From Beijerinckiaceae bacterium (GTDB lineage: Bacteria; Pseudomonadota; Alphaproteobacteria; Rhizobiales; Beijerinckiaceae), in NCBI GenBank assembly GCA_019745195.1, contig JAIETL010000056.1:26238-90237 (forward strand): a stretch of DNA of 64,000 nucleotides, written 5' to 3'. Each line of letters opens with the position of its first letter. Position 1 is the first letter of the stretch. The notes beneath the pieces are model-generated. The model did no database searches. It was not told where the DNA came from and was given only the letters and a program-made list of their open reading frames with translations. Positions 10,043 to 18,757 of this stretch are shown piece after piece. The position numbers and the translations under genes are program-made.

Positions 10043-11956
10043 ATGATGATGACGGGTATCCGCAAGGCCGGGCAGAGCCTGATCGGCAAGGCGGTCATCT
10101 TCGTGCTGTTCGGCTTCCTGATCTTCTCCTTCGCGATCTGGGGGATCGGCGACATCTTCCAGGGCTATGGCCGCAATTCGGTGGCCCGCGTCGGCAAGAC
10201 CGAGATCGGGCTGGAGCAGATGCGCACGGCCTATCAGAACGAGCTCCAGACCCTGACGCGCCAGCAACGCCGGCAGGTCACGCCCGACATGGCGCGCGCA
10301 CTCGGGCTCGACCGGCAGGTGCTGTCGAAGCTTGTCACGGAGGCGACGCTGGACCAGACCGCCCGTGGCATGCGGCTCGCTGTCTCCGACGAGACGATCC
10401 GCAACCTGATCTTCGAGGATCCGAATTTCCGTGACGCCTCGGGCAATTTCTCGGCCCCGCGCTTCAACGAATTGCTGCGCAGCAACGGCTTCACCGAGGC
10501 GACGTATGTGCGCGAGCAGCGCGCCACCATTCTGCGCCAGCAACTGGCCGAGATGGTCGTCGGTGTCGTCTCCGCGCCTGTCGCGCTGCAGGAAATCGGT
10601 CACCGCCTGCGCAACGAGCGCCGCGACGTGACGCTGGCGCGCCTGCCGGCGAGCGCCGCCGGCGAGATCGCGGCGGCGACCGACGAGCAGCTCAAGAGCT
10701 TCTTCGAGGCGCGCAAGGCGGGCTTCCGCGCACCCGAATACCGCAGCGCCAACGTACTTTCGCTCTCGGCCGAGACGCTGGCCGACCCGACACAGGTCTC
10801 CGACGACGAGGCCAAGGCGCGCTACGAGCAGGTCAAGGCCCAGCGTTTTGGCTCGCCTGAGACCCGCACCATCCAGCAGATCACCTTCCCGACGCTCGAG
10901 GAGGCGCAGGCCGCCCGGGCGAGGATCGAGGAAGGCGACACCTTCGAGGCGGCGGCCTTTGCGCGCGGCGTCCTCGAAAAGGACCTGACGCTCGGCACCT
11001 TCAGCCGCACGCAGGTTGTCGACGCCGCCGTGCGCGACGCGGCCTTCGCGCTGGCCGTGGACGCCGTGAGCGCGCCTGTCGCTGGCGGTTTCGGCCCGGT
11101 GCTGCTGCGCGTCACCACGATCAATCCCGAGCGGGTTCGTCCCTATGATGAGGTCGCGGCGGAACTCAAGCAGGAGATCGCCACGACCAAGGCGTCGGGC
11201 CGCATCACCGAACTGCACGACAAGATCGAGGACCAGCGCGCCGCCGCCAAGCCGCTGGCCGAGATCGCCAAAGAGTTCAACCTGCCGCTGCGCGCGCTTG
11301 GGCCCGTCGACGCCTCGCTGCGCAAGGCCGACGGCACGCAGGAGCCGCCGCTGGCCGGCGGCGACGCTGCGGTGCAGGCGATCTTCCGCTCCGATGTCGG
11401 CGTCGACAACGAGGCGATAAGGCTGCCGCGCGACACCGGCTATGTCTGGTTCGATCTGACGAAGATCGATCCCGCGCGCGAGCGGACCTTCGAGGAATCG
11501 AAGGCCGAGGTCGAGGCGCAGTGGCGTGCGGACGAGGTCGCGACGCGGCTCTCAGCCAGGACGCGCGAGCTGGTGCAGCGGCTCGACAAGGGCGAGGCGT
11601 TCGACGTCGTCGCGGCCTCGGCCGGGCTGACGATCGAGACGGCGGCAGGTCTCGGCCGGCAGGACCAGCGGCCCGATCTGCCCGCCAATGTCGTCAGCCT
11701 GATCTTCGGCACGGTCGCCGGCAAGAGCAATTCGGCGTCGGTCGCGGATGGCGGGCGCATCCTGTTCAAGGTCGATGCGGCTTTCGTGCCGCCCTATGCG
11801 CGCACGACGCAGGAGGCCGAGAACTTCAGCCGCCTGCTCGGCAACAGCGTCAGCGAGGACATCCTGACGCAATATGTCGCCAAACTGCAGACCGATCTCG
11901 GCGTCGCGATCAACGAGACCGCGTTCCGCAACGCCACCGGCGGCGCGCAGAACTGA
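10043..11956 (+). CDS. ppiD: Periplasmic chaperone / peptidyl-prolyl isomerase PpiD-like (SurA N-terminal domain family)
   Basis: 637 aa. N-terminal membrane anchor VIFVLFGFLIFSFAIWGIGD followed by long chaperone/parvulin-like regions. Confidence 0.8.
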   Translation: MMMTGIRKAGQSLIGKAVIFVLFGFLIFSFAIWGIGDIFQGYGRNSVARVGKTEIGLEQMRTAYQNELQTLTRQQRRQVTPDMARALGLDRQVLSKLVTEATLDQTARGMRLAVSDETIRNLIFEDPNFRDASGNFSAPRFNELLRSNGFTEATYVREQRATILRQQLAEMVVGVVSAPVALQEIGHRLRNERRDVTLARLPASAAGEIAAATDEQLKSFFEARKAGFRAPEYRSANVLSLSAETLADPTQVSDDEAKARYEQVKAQRFGSPETRTIQQITFPTLEEAQAARARIEEGDTFEAAAFARGVLEKDLTLGTFSRTQVVDAAVRDAAFALAVDAVSAPVAGGFGPVLLRVTTINPERVRPYDEVAAELKQEIATTKASGRITELHDKIEDQRAAAKPLAEIAKEFNLPLRALGPVDASLRKADGTQEPPLAGGDAAVQAIFRSDVGVDNEAIRLPRDTGYVWFDLTKIDPARERTFEESKAEVEAQWRADEVATRLSARTRELVQRLDKGEAFDVVAASAGLTIETAAGLGRQDQRPDLPANVVSLIFGTVAGKSNSASVADGGRILFKVDAAFVPPYARTTQEAENFSRLLGNSVSEDILTQYVAKLQTDLGVAINETAFRNATGGAQN

Positions 11957-11958
11957 CC

Positions 11959-13473
11959 ATGAGCGCCCTGCCGGAGTTCGAGGCTTTTGCGCGCGGCTAC
12001 GAGCAGGGACAGCCGCAATTGCTGCGGCAGATTCTGGTCGGCGATTGCGAGACACCGGTCGCGGCCTTCCTGAAGCTGCGCCACGCGGTCGAGGGTCCGG
12101 CCTTTCTGCTGGAATCGGTCGAAGGCGGCGCGGTGCGCGGGCGCTATTCCATGATCGGGCTGAGACCGGACCTGATCTGGCGCTGCGAGCACGGGCAGGC
12201 TTCGCTCTGTCGGCTGGCCGATGGAGAGACGTTCTCGGCCGATCCGCGCCCGGCCTTCGAGAGCCTGCGCGCTCTGCTCGACGAGAGCGCCATTCCCGCG
12301 AGCGCCGACCTGCCGCCGATGGCGGCCGGCGTGTTCGGCTATCTCGGTTACGACATGGTCAGGCTAATGGAACGCCTGCCCGAGTCGAAGGAGACCGGCA
12401 CCGGGGTGCCGGACGCCATCTTGATGCGCCCGACCGCGATGGTGGTGTTCGACGCGGTGCGCGACGAGATCCATGTGGTGACGCCGGTCAAGCCCAGGCC
12501 CGGCCTGTCAGCCCGCGCCGCCCATGAGCAGGCGCTGGAGCGGATCGAGGCGGTCGTCGCCGCGCTGGAAGGCCCCCTGCCCCCGGACGCCGCGATCGAC
12601 ATCGCGAACCTGCCCGAGCCCGCGATCGCCTCAAACACCAGCGAGGCTGAGTTCCACGCGATGGTCGCGACGGCGCAGGACTATATCCGCGCCGGCGACA
12701 TCTTTCAGGTCGTGCTGTCGCAACGTTTCGAGGCGCCCTTCGCGCTGCCACCTTTCGCGCTCTACCGGGCGCTGCGGCGGGTCAATCCCGCGCCGTTCCT
12801 GTGCTATCTCGACTTCGCCGCATTCCAGATCGTCTGCTCCAGCCCGGAAATCCTCGTGCGCCTGCGCGACGACACGGTCACGATCCGCCCGATCGCCGGC
12901 ACGCGCCGGCGTGGCGCGACCCATGTCGAGGACGAGGCGCTGGCTGCGGAACTGCTGGCCGACCCCAAGGAGCGGGCCGAGCATCTGATGCTGCTCGATC
13001 TCGGCCGCAACGATGTCGGCCGCGTCGCCAAAATCGGTACGGTCAAGGTGACGGATTCCTTCTTCGTCGAGCGCTACAGCCAGGTCATGCACATCGTCTC
13101 GAATGTCGAAGGGACGATCGATCCGAAGCACGACGCGCTGGCCGCGCTCGTCGCCGGATTCCCGGCCGGCACCGTCTCGGGCGCGCCAAAAGTGCGCGCC
13201 ATGGAGATCATCGACGAACTGGAGCACGATGCGCGCGGGGCCTATGGCGGCTGCATCGGCTATTTCGGCGCCAATGGCGAGATGGACACCTGCATCGTGC
13301 TGCGCACCGCTGTGGTGAAGGACGGGCGCATGCATGTGCAGGCCGGCGCGGGCATCGTCTACGATTCCGAACCCGCGTCCGAGCAGCAGGAATGCGTCAA
13401 CAAGGCGAAGGCCCTGTTCAAGGCGGCGGAGGAGGCGGTGCGCTTCGCGGCCGTGGCGCGGCGGGGGCAGTGA
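11959..13473 (+). CDS. trpE: Anthranilate synthase component I
   Basis: 504 aa from ATG 11959 (2 nt after the ppiD stop) within ORF 11521..13473. Chorismate-binding motifs are present (GDIFQVVLSQRF, GTVSGAPKVRAMEII, GIVYDS). Confidence 0.95.
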   Translation: MSALPEFEAFARGYEQGQPQLLRQILVGDCETPVAAFLKLRHAVEGPAFLLESVEGGAVRGRYSMIGLRPDLIWRCEHGQASLCRLADGETFSADPRPAFESLRALLDESAIPASADLPPMAAGVFGYLGYDMVRLMERLPESKETGTGVPDAILMRPTAMVVFDAVRDEIHVVTPVKPRPGLSARAAHEQALERIEAVVAALEGPLPPDAAIDIANLPEPAIASNTSEAEFHAMVATAQDYIRAGDIFQVVLSQRFEAPFALPPFALYRALRRVNPAPFLCYLDFAAFQIVCSSPEILVRLRDDTVTIRPIAGTRRRGATHVEDEALAAELLADPKERAEHLMLLDLGRNDVGRVAKIGTVKVTDSFFVERYSQVMHIVSNVEGTIDPKHDALAALVAGFPAGTVSGAPKVRAMEIIDELEHDARGAYGGCIGYFGANGEMDTCIVLRTAVVKDGRMHVQAGAGIVYDSEPASEQQECVNKAKALFKAAEEAVRFAAVARRGQ

Positions 13474-13493
13474 AATCAAGAGGGACGTCGATC

Positions 13494-13571
13494 CCGTCAT
13501 TGCGAGCGCAGCGAAGTCATCCAGCGTCTCGCGCAAACCTCTGGATTGCTTCGCTGCGCTCGCAATGACGG
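13494..13571. repeat. 78-nt nested palindromic REP/MITE-like element in the trpE-trpG spacer
   Basis: Arms are CCGTCATTGCGAGCGCAGCGAAG ... CTTCGCTGCGCTCGCAATGACGG, with inner CCAG...CTGG pairing, read directly. Confidence 0.85.
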
Positions 13572-13638
13572 CGAGGCAAGCTTGACCGCCTGCCCTGTCA
13601 GCGGGCATGACCATCGACCGAAACGCGACCCCGAGCCC

Positions 13639-14256
13639 ATGCGCATCCTGCTGATCGACAATTACGACAGCTTCACCTGGAACCTCGTCCACCTGATCGG
13701 CGGGCTGGGGGCGCAGGTCGATGTCGTGCGCAACGATGCGCTGACAGTCTCCGACGCCCTGTCTGGAGGCCATGACGCGATCGTGCTGTCGCCTGGCCCC
13801 TGCACGCCCAACGAGGCCGGCATCTGCCTCGATCTGGTGCGGGAAGGCGCTGGCAAAGTGCCGCTGTTTGGCGTCTGCCTCGGCCTGCAGGCGATCGGCC
13901 AGGCTTTTGGCGGCGAGGTCATCCGCGCGCCTCTGCCAATGCACGGCAAGATCTCGACCATAAGCCACCATGCTCGCGGGCTCTTTCGCGGCATCAACGG
14001 CCCGCTCAAGGCGACGCGCTATCATTCGCTCGTCGTCGAATGCCGGAGCTGTCCTGCGGAACTCGACATCGAGGCGACGACGGAGGACGGGCTGATCATG
14101 GCGCTGTCGCACCGCGACCTGCCCGTGCATGGCGTGCAGTTCCATCCCGAGAGCATCGCCTCCGAGCATGGCGCGACGATCCTGCGGAATTTCCTCGAGA
14201 TGGCGGAACGATGGTCGCAGAAACACCGTGCGCCCGCCCTTTCCGAGACAGCCTGA
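13639..14256 (+). CDS. trpG: Anthranilate synthase component II (glutamine amidotransferase)
   Basis: 205 aa from ATG 13639 inside ORF 13546..14256. [24 protein letters not shown] and VQFHPES catalytic motifs. Confidence 0.9.
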   Translation: MRILLIDNYDSFTWNLVHLIGGLGAQVDVVRNDALTVSDALSGGHDAIVLSPGPCTPNEAGICLDLVREGAGKVPLFGVCLGLQAIGQAFGGEVIRAPLPMHGKISTISHHARGLFRGINGPLKATRYHSLVVECRSCPAELDIEATTEDGLIMALSHRDLPVHGVQFHPESIASEHGATILRNFLEMAERWSQKHRAPALSETA

Positions 14257-14272
14257 GCAGATCAGAGTTTCC

Positions 14273-15286
14273 ATGGACGATTTCAAACCCTTCATCGCCA
14301 AGGTCGCGACCGGCGCCACGCTCTCGCGCGACGAGGCGCGCGACGCGTTTGAGACCATCCTCTCGGGCGGCGTGACCAACGCACAGGCGGCCGCCTTCCT
14401 GATGGCGCTGCGGGTGCGCGGCGAGACCGCCGAGGAGATCGCCGGCGCGGTCTCGGCCATGCGCGCGAAAATGCTGACCGTGAAGGCTCCGGCCGAGGCC
14501 ATCGACATCGTCGGGACCGGCGGCGATTCGTCCGGCTCCTACAATGTCTCGACCTTGGCCGCGATCATCACGGCCGCCTGCGGCGTGCCCGTCGCCAAGC
14601 ATGGCAACCGCGCCGCCTCCTCGCGCTCAGGCGCGGCCGACGTGCTGACCGCGCTCGGCGTCAAGGTCGGGCTCGACCCGGCGGGGACGGAAGCCTGCAT
14701 CGCCAAAGCCGGCGTCGGCTTCATGTTCGCGCCGACGCACCACGCCTCGATGCGCCATGTCGCGCCGGTGCGCACGGAACTGGGCACGCGCACGATCTTC
14801 AACCTGCTCGGTCCGCTCTCCAATCCGGCCGGCGTCAAGAAGCAGTTGATCGGAGCGTTCTCCGAGACCTGGCTGGAGCCGATGGTCAAGGTGCTGGCCT
14901 CGCTCGGCTCGACCCGGATCTGGGCCGTGCATGGCTCCGACGGGCTCGACGAGATCACCACCACGGGGCCGACCCGCGTCGTCTCCCTCGACAATGGCAA
15001 GATCGAGAGTTTCCAGATCGGCCCGGACGATGTCGGGCTTGCGCGGGCGAAGCCCGAGGATCTGCGCGGCGGCGAGCCGGCGCAGAACGCAGCCGCACTG
15101 ACGGCGGTGCTGGACGGCGAGAGGACCGCCTTCCGCGACATCGCCGCTTTCAATGCGGGCGCGGCGCTGCTGGTGGCGGGCAAGGCGAGCGACCTGCGCG
15201 ACGGGCTGGCGCAGGCGCAAGGCGCCATCGATTCGGGCCGCGCCAAGGCCGCGCTGGCGGCGCTCGTCTCGGTCTCGAACGCGTGA
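14273..15286 (+). CDS. trpD: Anthranilate phosphoribosyltransferase
   Basis: 337 aa from ATG 14273 with [22 protein letters not shown] motifs. Confidence 0.95.
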   Translation: MDDFKPFIAKVATGATLSRDEARDAFETILSGGVTNAQAAAFLMALRVRGETAEEIAGAVSAMRAKMLTVKAPAEAIDIVGTGGDSSGSYNVSTLAAIITAACGVPVAKHGNRAASSRSGAADVLTALGVKVGLDPAGTEACIAKAGVGFMFAPTHHASMRHVAPVRTELGTRTIFNLLGPLSNPAGVKKQLIGAFSETWLEPMVKVLASLGSTRIWAVHGSDGLDEITTTGPTRVVSLDNGKIESFQIGPDDVGLARAKPEDLRGGEPAQNAAALTAVLDGERTAFRDIAAFNAGAALLVAGKASDLRDGLAQAQGAIDSGRAKAALAALVSVSNA

Positions 15287-15293
15287 GGCGGCC

Positions 15294-16106
15294 ATGAGCG
15301 ACATCCTCGCCCGGATCGAGGCCTACAAGCGCGAGGAGATCGCCGCGGCCAAGGCAGCGATCCCGCAGGCGGAGATCGAGATACTGGCCCGGACCGCGCC
15401 GCCGCCGAAAGGGTTCGCGGCGGCGATCGCGGTGAAGCATGCGCAGGGCAAGCCGGCCCTGATCGCCGAGATCAAGAAGGCGAGCCCGTCAAAGGGGCTG
15501 ATCCGCGCCGATTTCGACCCTCCCGCGCTGGCCCGCGCCTATGCCGATGGCGGCGCGGCCTGTCTCTCCGTGCTGACCGATGGCCCGTCCTTCCAGGGCA
15601 GGCCCGAATTTCTGATGCAGGCGCGCGAGGCGAGCGGCCTGCCGGCCCTGCGCAAGGATTTTCTCTACGAGCCCTATCAGGTCTACGAGGCGCGGGCCTG
15701 GGGGGGCGACTGCATCCTGATCATCATGGCCGGCGTCGACGACGCCACCGCCCGCGCGTTGAACGAAACGGCGCTGGAACTCGGCATGGACGTGCTGGTC
15801 GAGGTGCATGACGAGGCTGAACTCGACCGGGCGCTGCCGCTGGGGGCAAAACTGCTCGGGATCAACAACCGTGACCTGCGCAGCTTTGCCGTCGATCTCA
15901 CTGTCACCGAGCGGCTCAGCCCGCGCGTGCCGGGCGACCGCGTCATCGTCGGCGAGAGCGGCATTTTCGGCCACGCCGACATCGCGAGGCTCGCGCGCTG
16001 CGGCGTCAACACCTTTCTCGTCGGCGAAAGCCTGATGCGTCAGGAGAATGTCGCCGCCGCCACACGTCAGTTGCTGACCGGCTCGGCCCAGGAGGAAGCG
16101 GCGTGA
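15294..16106 (+). CDS. trpC: Indole-3-glycerol phosphate synthase
   Basis: 270 aa from ATG 15294 with [25 protein letters not shown] motifs. Confidence 0.95.
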   Translation: MSDILARIEAYKREEIAAAKAAIPQAEIEILARTAPPPKGFAAAIAVKHAQGKPALIAEIKKASPSKGLIRADFDPPALARAYADGGAACLSVLTDGPSFQGRPEFLMQAREASGLPALRKDFLYEPYQVYEARAWGGDCILIIMAGVDDATARALNETALELGMDVLVEVHDEAELDRALPLGAKLLGINNRDLRSFAVDLTVTERLSPRVPGDRVIVGESGIFGHADIARLARCGVNTFLVGESLMRQENVAAATRQLLTGSAQEEAA

Positions 16107-16600
16107 CCGGGCTCAGCCATCTCGACGCAAGGGGCCAGGCCCATATGGTCGATGTCGGGGGCAAGGCCGAGACGGACCGCATGGCGGTTGCCGAAGGCTG
16201 CGTCGTGATGGCGGCCGGGACGCTCGCGATCGTGCGTGCGGGCGATGCGAAGAAGGGTGACGTGCTCGGCACCGCGCGGCTCGCCGGGATCATGGCGGCC
16301 AAGCGCACCCATGAGCTGATCCCGCTGTGCCACCCGCTGCCGATCAGCAAGGTCTCGGTCGATCTCGTTATCGACGAGGCCTTGCCCGGCGTCCGCGTGA
16401 CGGCCGAGGTGAAGATGAAAGGCCAGACCGGCGTCGAGATGGAGGCGCTGACCGCCGTTTCCGTCGCGTGCCTCACGGTCTACGACATGGTCAAGGCGGT
16501 CGATCGCGGCATGTGCATCGAAGGTGTGCGGCTTTTGCACAAATCCGGCGGCAAGTCTGGCGTGTTCGAAGCCAATCCTTCGGAAGCGGAGCCCACCTGA
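16103..16600 (+). CDS. moaC: Cyclic pyranopterin monophosphate synthase MoaC
   Basis: 165 aa. The GTG start overlaps the trpC stop (GTGA). SHLD..G.A.MVDV..K..T.R.A and IPLCHPL motifs. Confidence 0.93.
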   Translation: MTGLSHLDARGQAHMVDVGGKAETDRMAVAEGCVVMAAGTLAIVRAGDAKKGDVLGTARLAGIMAAKRTHELIPLCHPLPISKVSVDLVIDEALPGVRVTAEVKMKGQTGVEMEALTAVSVACLTVYDMVKAVDRGMCIEGVRLLHKSGGKSGVFEANPSEAEPT

Positions 16601-17811
16601 TGGCGCTGACACCGGTCAAGGTCGCTCTGAGGGCGCTGCTCGACAGCGTGCCCGGCGCGATGGCGGTCGAGACGCTGCCGCTGTCGCAATGCGCCGGCCG
16701 CGTGCTCGCGCGGGATATCGCGGCGCTGCGCACGCAACCGCCTTTCGCCAATTCCGCCATGGACGGGTATGCGGTCCGCGCCGACGATCTCGTGCCGGCA
16801 AATGAATTGCGCGTCATCGGCGAATCGGCTGCCGGGCGCAGTTTTGCGGGATCCCTCGGCGCGGGCGAGGCGGTGCGCATCTTTACCGGAGCGCCGATTC
16901 CGGACGGCGCCGACACCATCCTGATCCAGGAGAACGCCGACGGTGTCGGCCAGCCGACGATCCGCGTCCGTGAAAGCACCCCCAAAGGACGCCACATCCG
17001 GATCGCCGGCCTCGATTTCAGCGAGGGCGACGTCCTGCTCGCGGCGGGTCGCGCGCTCGACAGCGCCGCGCTCGGACTTGCCGCGGCGGGAGGGCATCCT
17101 GCGCTGGCGGTGCGCAGGAAACCGCTCGTCGCGATCCTCGCCACGGGCGACGAACTCGTTTTGCCGGGCGAGCCGGTTGGGCCCGATCAGATCGTGGCGT
17201 CCAACAGCTTTTCGCTCGCCGCGATCGTCGAGGCGGCCGGTGGAACCGTGCTCGATCTCGGCATCGCCCGCGACAACCATCCCGATCTCGCCCAGCGCAT
17301 CGCGCGCGCCCAGGACGCCGACGCCGATGTGCTGATCACGCTGGGTGGCGCCTCGGTCGGGGCGCACGACCTCGTGCAGGAGGCGCTGAAGCGCGCCGGC
17401 ATGGATCTCGGCTTCTGGAAGATCGCGATGCGGCCGGGCAAGCCGATGATGATGGGCCGCCTTGGGCGGATGGTCGCGGTCGGCCTGCCGGGCAACCCGG
17501 TCTCTTCCATCGTCTGCGGCCATCTGTTCATCGCGCCGCTGATCGAGGCGTTGCTCGGCCTCCCCGATCCCGAGCGGGATCGCAGCGAGCCCGCCATTGC
17601 CGGAATCGATATGCCGGCTAATGATGAGCGGGAGGACTATCTTCGGTCCGATCTCAGCTATTCCGAGGCCGGCTGGATCGTTACTCCCTTCCAGAAGCAG
17701 GATTCATCAATGCTCGGCACGCTTGCCAGAGCGAGGGCGCTGACCATTCGGCCTCCATTTGCCGAGCCGGCAAAGCAGGGCGATCCGTGCAGGATCATCC
17801 GGCTGCGCTGA
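16600..17811 (+). CDS. moeA: Molybdopterin molybdenumtransferase MoeA
   Basis: 403 aa from an ATG overlapping the moaC TGA by 1 nt. [14 protein letters not shown] and GGASVG motifs. Confidence 0.9.
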   Translation: MALTPVKVALRALLDSVPGAMAVETLPLSQCAGRVLARDIAALRTQPPFANSAMDGYAVRADDLVPANELRVIGESAAGRSFAGSLGAGEAVRIFTGAPIPDGADTILIQENADGVGQPTIRVRESTPKGRHIRIAGLDFSEGDVLLAAGRALDSAALGLAAAGGHPALAVRRKPLVAILATGDELVLPGEPVGPDQIVASNSFSLAAIVEAAGGTVLDLGIARDNHPDLAQRIARAQDADADVLITLGGASVGAHDLVQEALKRAGMDLGFWKIAMRPGKPMMMGRLGRMVAVGLPGNPVSSIVCGHLFIAPLIEALLGLPDPERDRSEPAIAGIDMPANDEREDYLRSDLSYSEAGWIVTPFQKQDSSMLGTLARARALTIRPPFAEPAKQGDPCRIIRLR

Positions 17812-17822
17812 GAGCCCTTGCG

Positions 17823-17861
17823 GAACACAACGCGAACCTGTATTATGTTCGTGATTTGTTT
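17823..17861 (+). promoter_or_regulatory. Two alphaproteobacterial SOS (LexA) boxes upstream of lexA
   Basis: GAAC-ACAACGC-GAAC (17823-17837) and GTTC-GTGATTT-GTTT (17847-17861), 34-72 nt upstream of the lexA ATG. They match the GTTC-N7-GTTC / GAAC-N7-GAAC direct-repeat consensus. Confidence 0.7.
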
Positions 17862-17894
17862 CGACTCTTCGCTTCCGGCGAACCGGCGGGAACC

Positions 17895-18599
17895 ATGCTG
17901 ACACGCAAACAGTTCGAACTGCTCCGCTTCATTCATGAGCGCCTGCGCGAGAGCGGCGTGCCGCCCTCCTTCGACGAGATGAAGGACGCGCTCGATCTCA
18001 AGTCGAAATCCGGCATCCACCGCCTGATCATGGCGCTGGAGGAGCGCGGCTTCATCCGGCGGCTGCCGAACCGGGCCCGTGCGCTGGAAGTAATCAAGCT
18101 GCCCGACGGCGTCGCCGGCGCGCAGGCCCCGCGCGGGCGCTTCAGCCCCTCCGTCGTCCAGGGCGGGCTCGGCAAGGTCAAGCCGGCGAGCAGCCCCCCC
18201 GAGGAGGATGCGCGGTCCACGATCGCAATCCCGGTGATGGGGCGGATCGCGGCCGGCACCCCCGTCTCGGCGATCCAGAGCCGCAGCCACAACGTCTCCC
18301 TGCCGGCCGACATGCTGGGCGCGGGCGAGCATTACGCGTTGGAAGTGCGCGGCGATTCGATGGTCGAAGCCGGCATCCTCGACGGCGACACCGTCGTCAT
18401 CCGCAAGCAGGACACCGCCAACACCGGCGACATCATCGTCGCGCTGATCGACGACGAGGAGGCGACGCTGAAGCGGCTGCGCAAGCGCGGCTCCTCGATC
18501 GCGCTCGAGGCCGCCAATCCGGCCTACGAGACCCGCGTGCTCGGTCCCGACCGCGTCAAGATCCAGGGACGGCTGGTCAATCTGATGCGGCGCTATTGA
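17895..18599 (+). CDS. lexA: SOS transcriptional repressor LexA
   Basis: 234 aa from ATG 17895. [25 protein letters not shown] region, AAG cleavage region, S24 peptidase motifs (GDSM, KRL). Confidence 0.93.
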   Translation: MLTRKQFELLRFIHERLRESGVPPSFDEMKDALDLKSKSGIHRLIMALEERGFIRRLPNRARALEVIKLPDGVAGAQAPRGRFSPSVVQGGLGKVKPASSPPEEDARSTIAIPVMGRIAAGTPVSAIQSRSHNVSLPADMLGAGEHYALEVRGDSMVEAGILDGDTVVIRKQDTANTGDIIVALIDDEEATLKRLRKRGSSIALEAANPAYETRVLGPDRVKIQGRLVNLMRRY

Positions 18600-18624
18600 A
18601 GCGGCTGAGTTCACAGGAAACACG

Positions 18625-18738
18625 CCGTCATCCCGGGCAAGCGAAGCGCAGACCCGGGATCCATTCCGGAACCTCTCCGGATGCGTTCTGGAATGGATCC
18701 CGGATCGGCGCTGCCATGCAGCTTGTCCGGGATGACGG
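18625..18738. repeat. 114-nt nested palindromic REP/MITE-like element between the convergent lexA and comEC
   Basis: Outer arms CCGTCATCCCGG...CCGGGATGACGG; inner arms CCCGGGATCCATTCCGGA / TCTGGAATGGATCCCGG. Confidence 0.85.
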
Positions 18739-18757
18739 GTCGGTTTGGGCGAGCGTC

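Noticed and set aside
11957-11958. Search for a trpL-type leader peptide/attenuator before trpE
   Set aside because: Only 2 nt separate the ppiD stop and the trpE start, so no leader is possible. Recorded as an absence.
13334-13585. Short ORFs translating palindromic elements (for example 13334..13585, 46852..47034, 18681..19520 start region)
   Set aside because: They run through REP-like inverted repeats in intergenic DNA. These are typical mis-annotations, not genes.
12631-14508. 625-aa ORF on the minus strand across trpE/trpG
   Set aside because: It is fully antisense to well-supported trpE and trpG. The translation is Arg/Ala/Gly/Pro-rich with no recognisable motifs. This is a typical shadow ORF of a high-GC genome.
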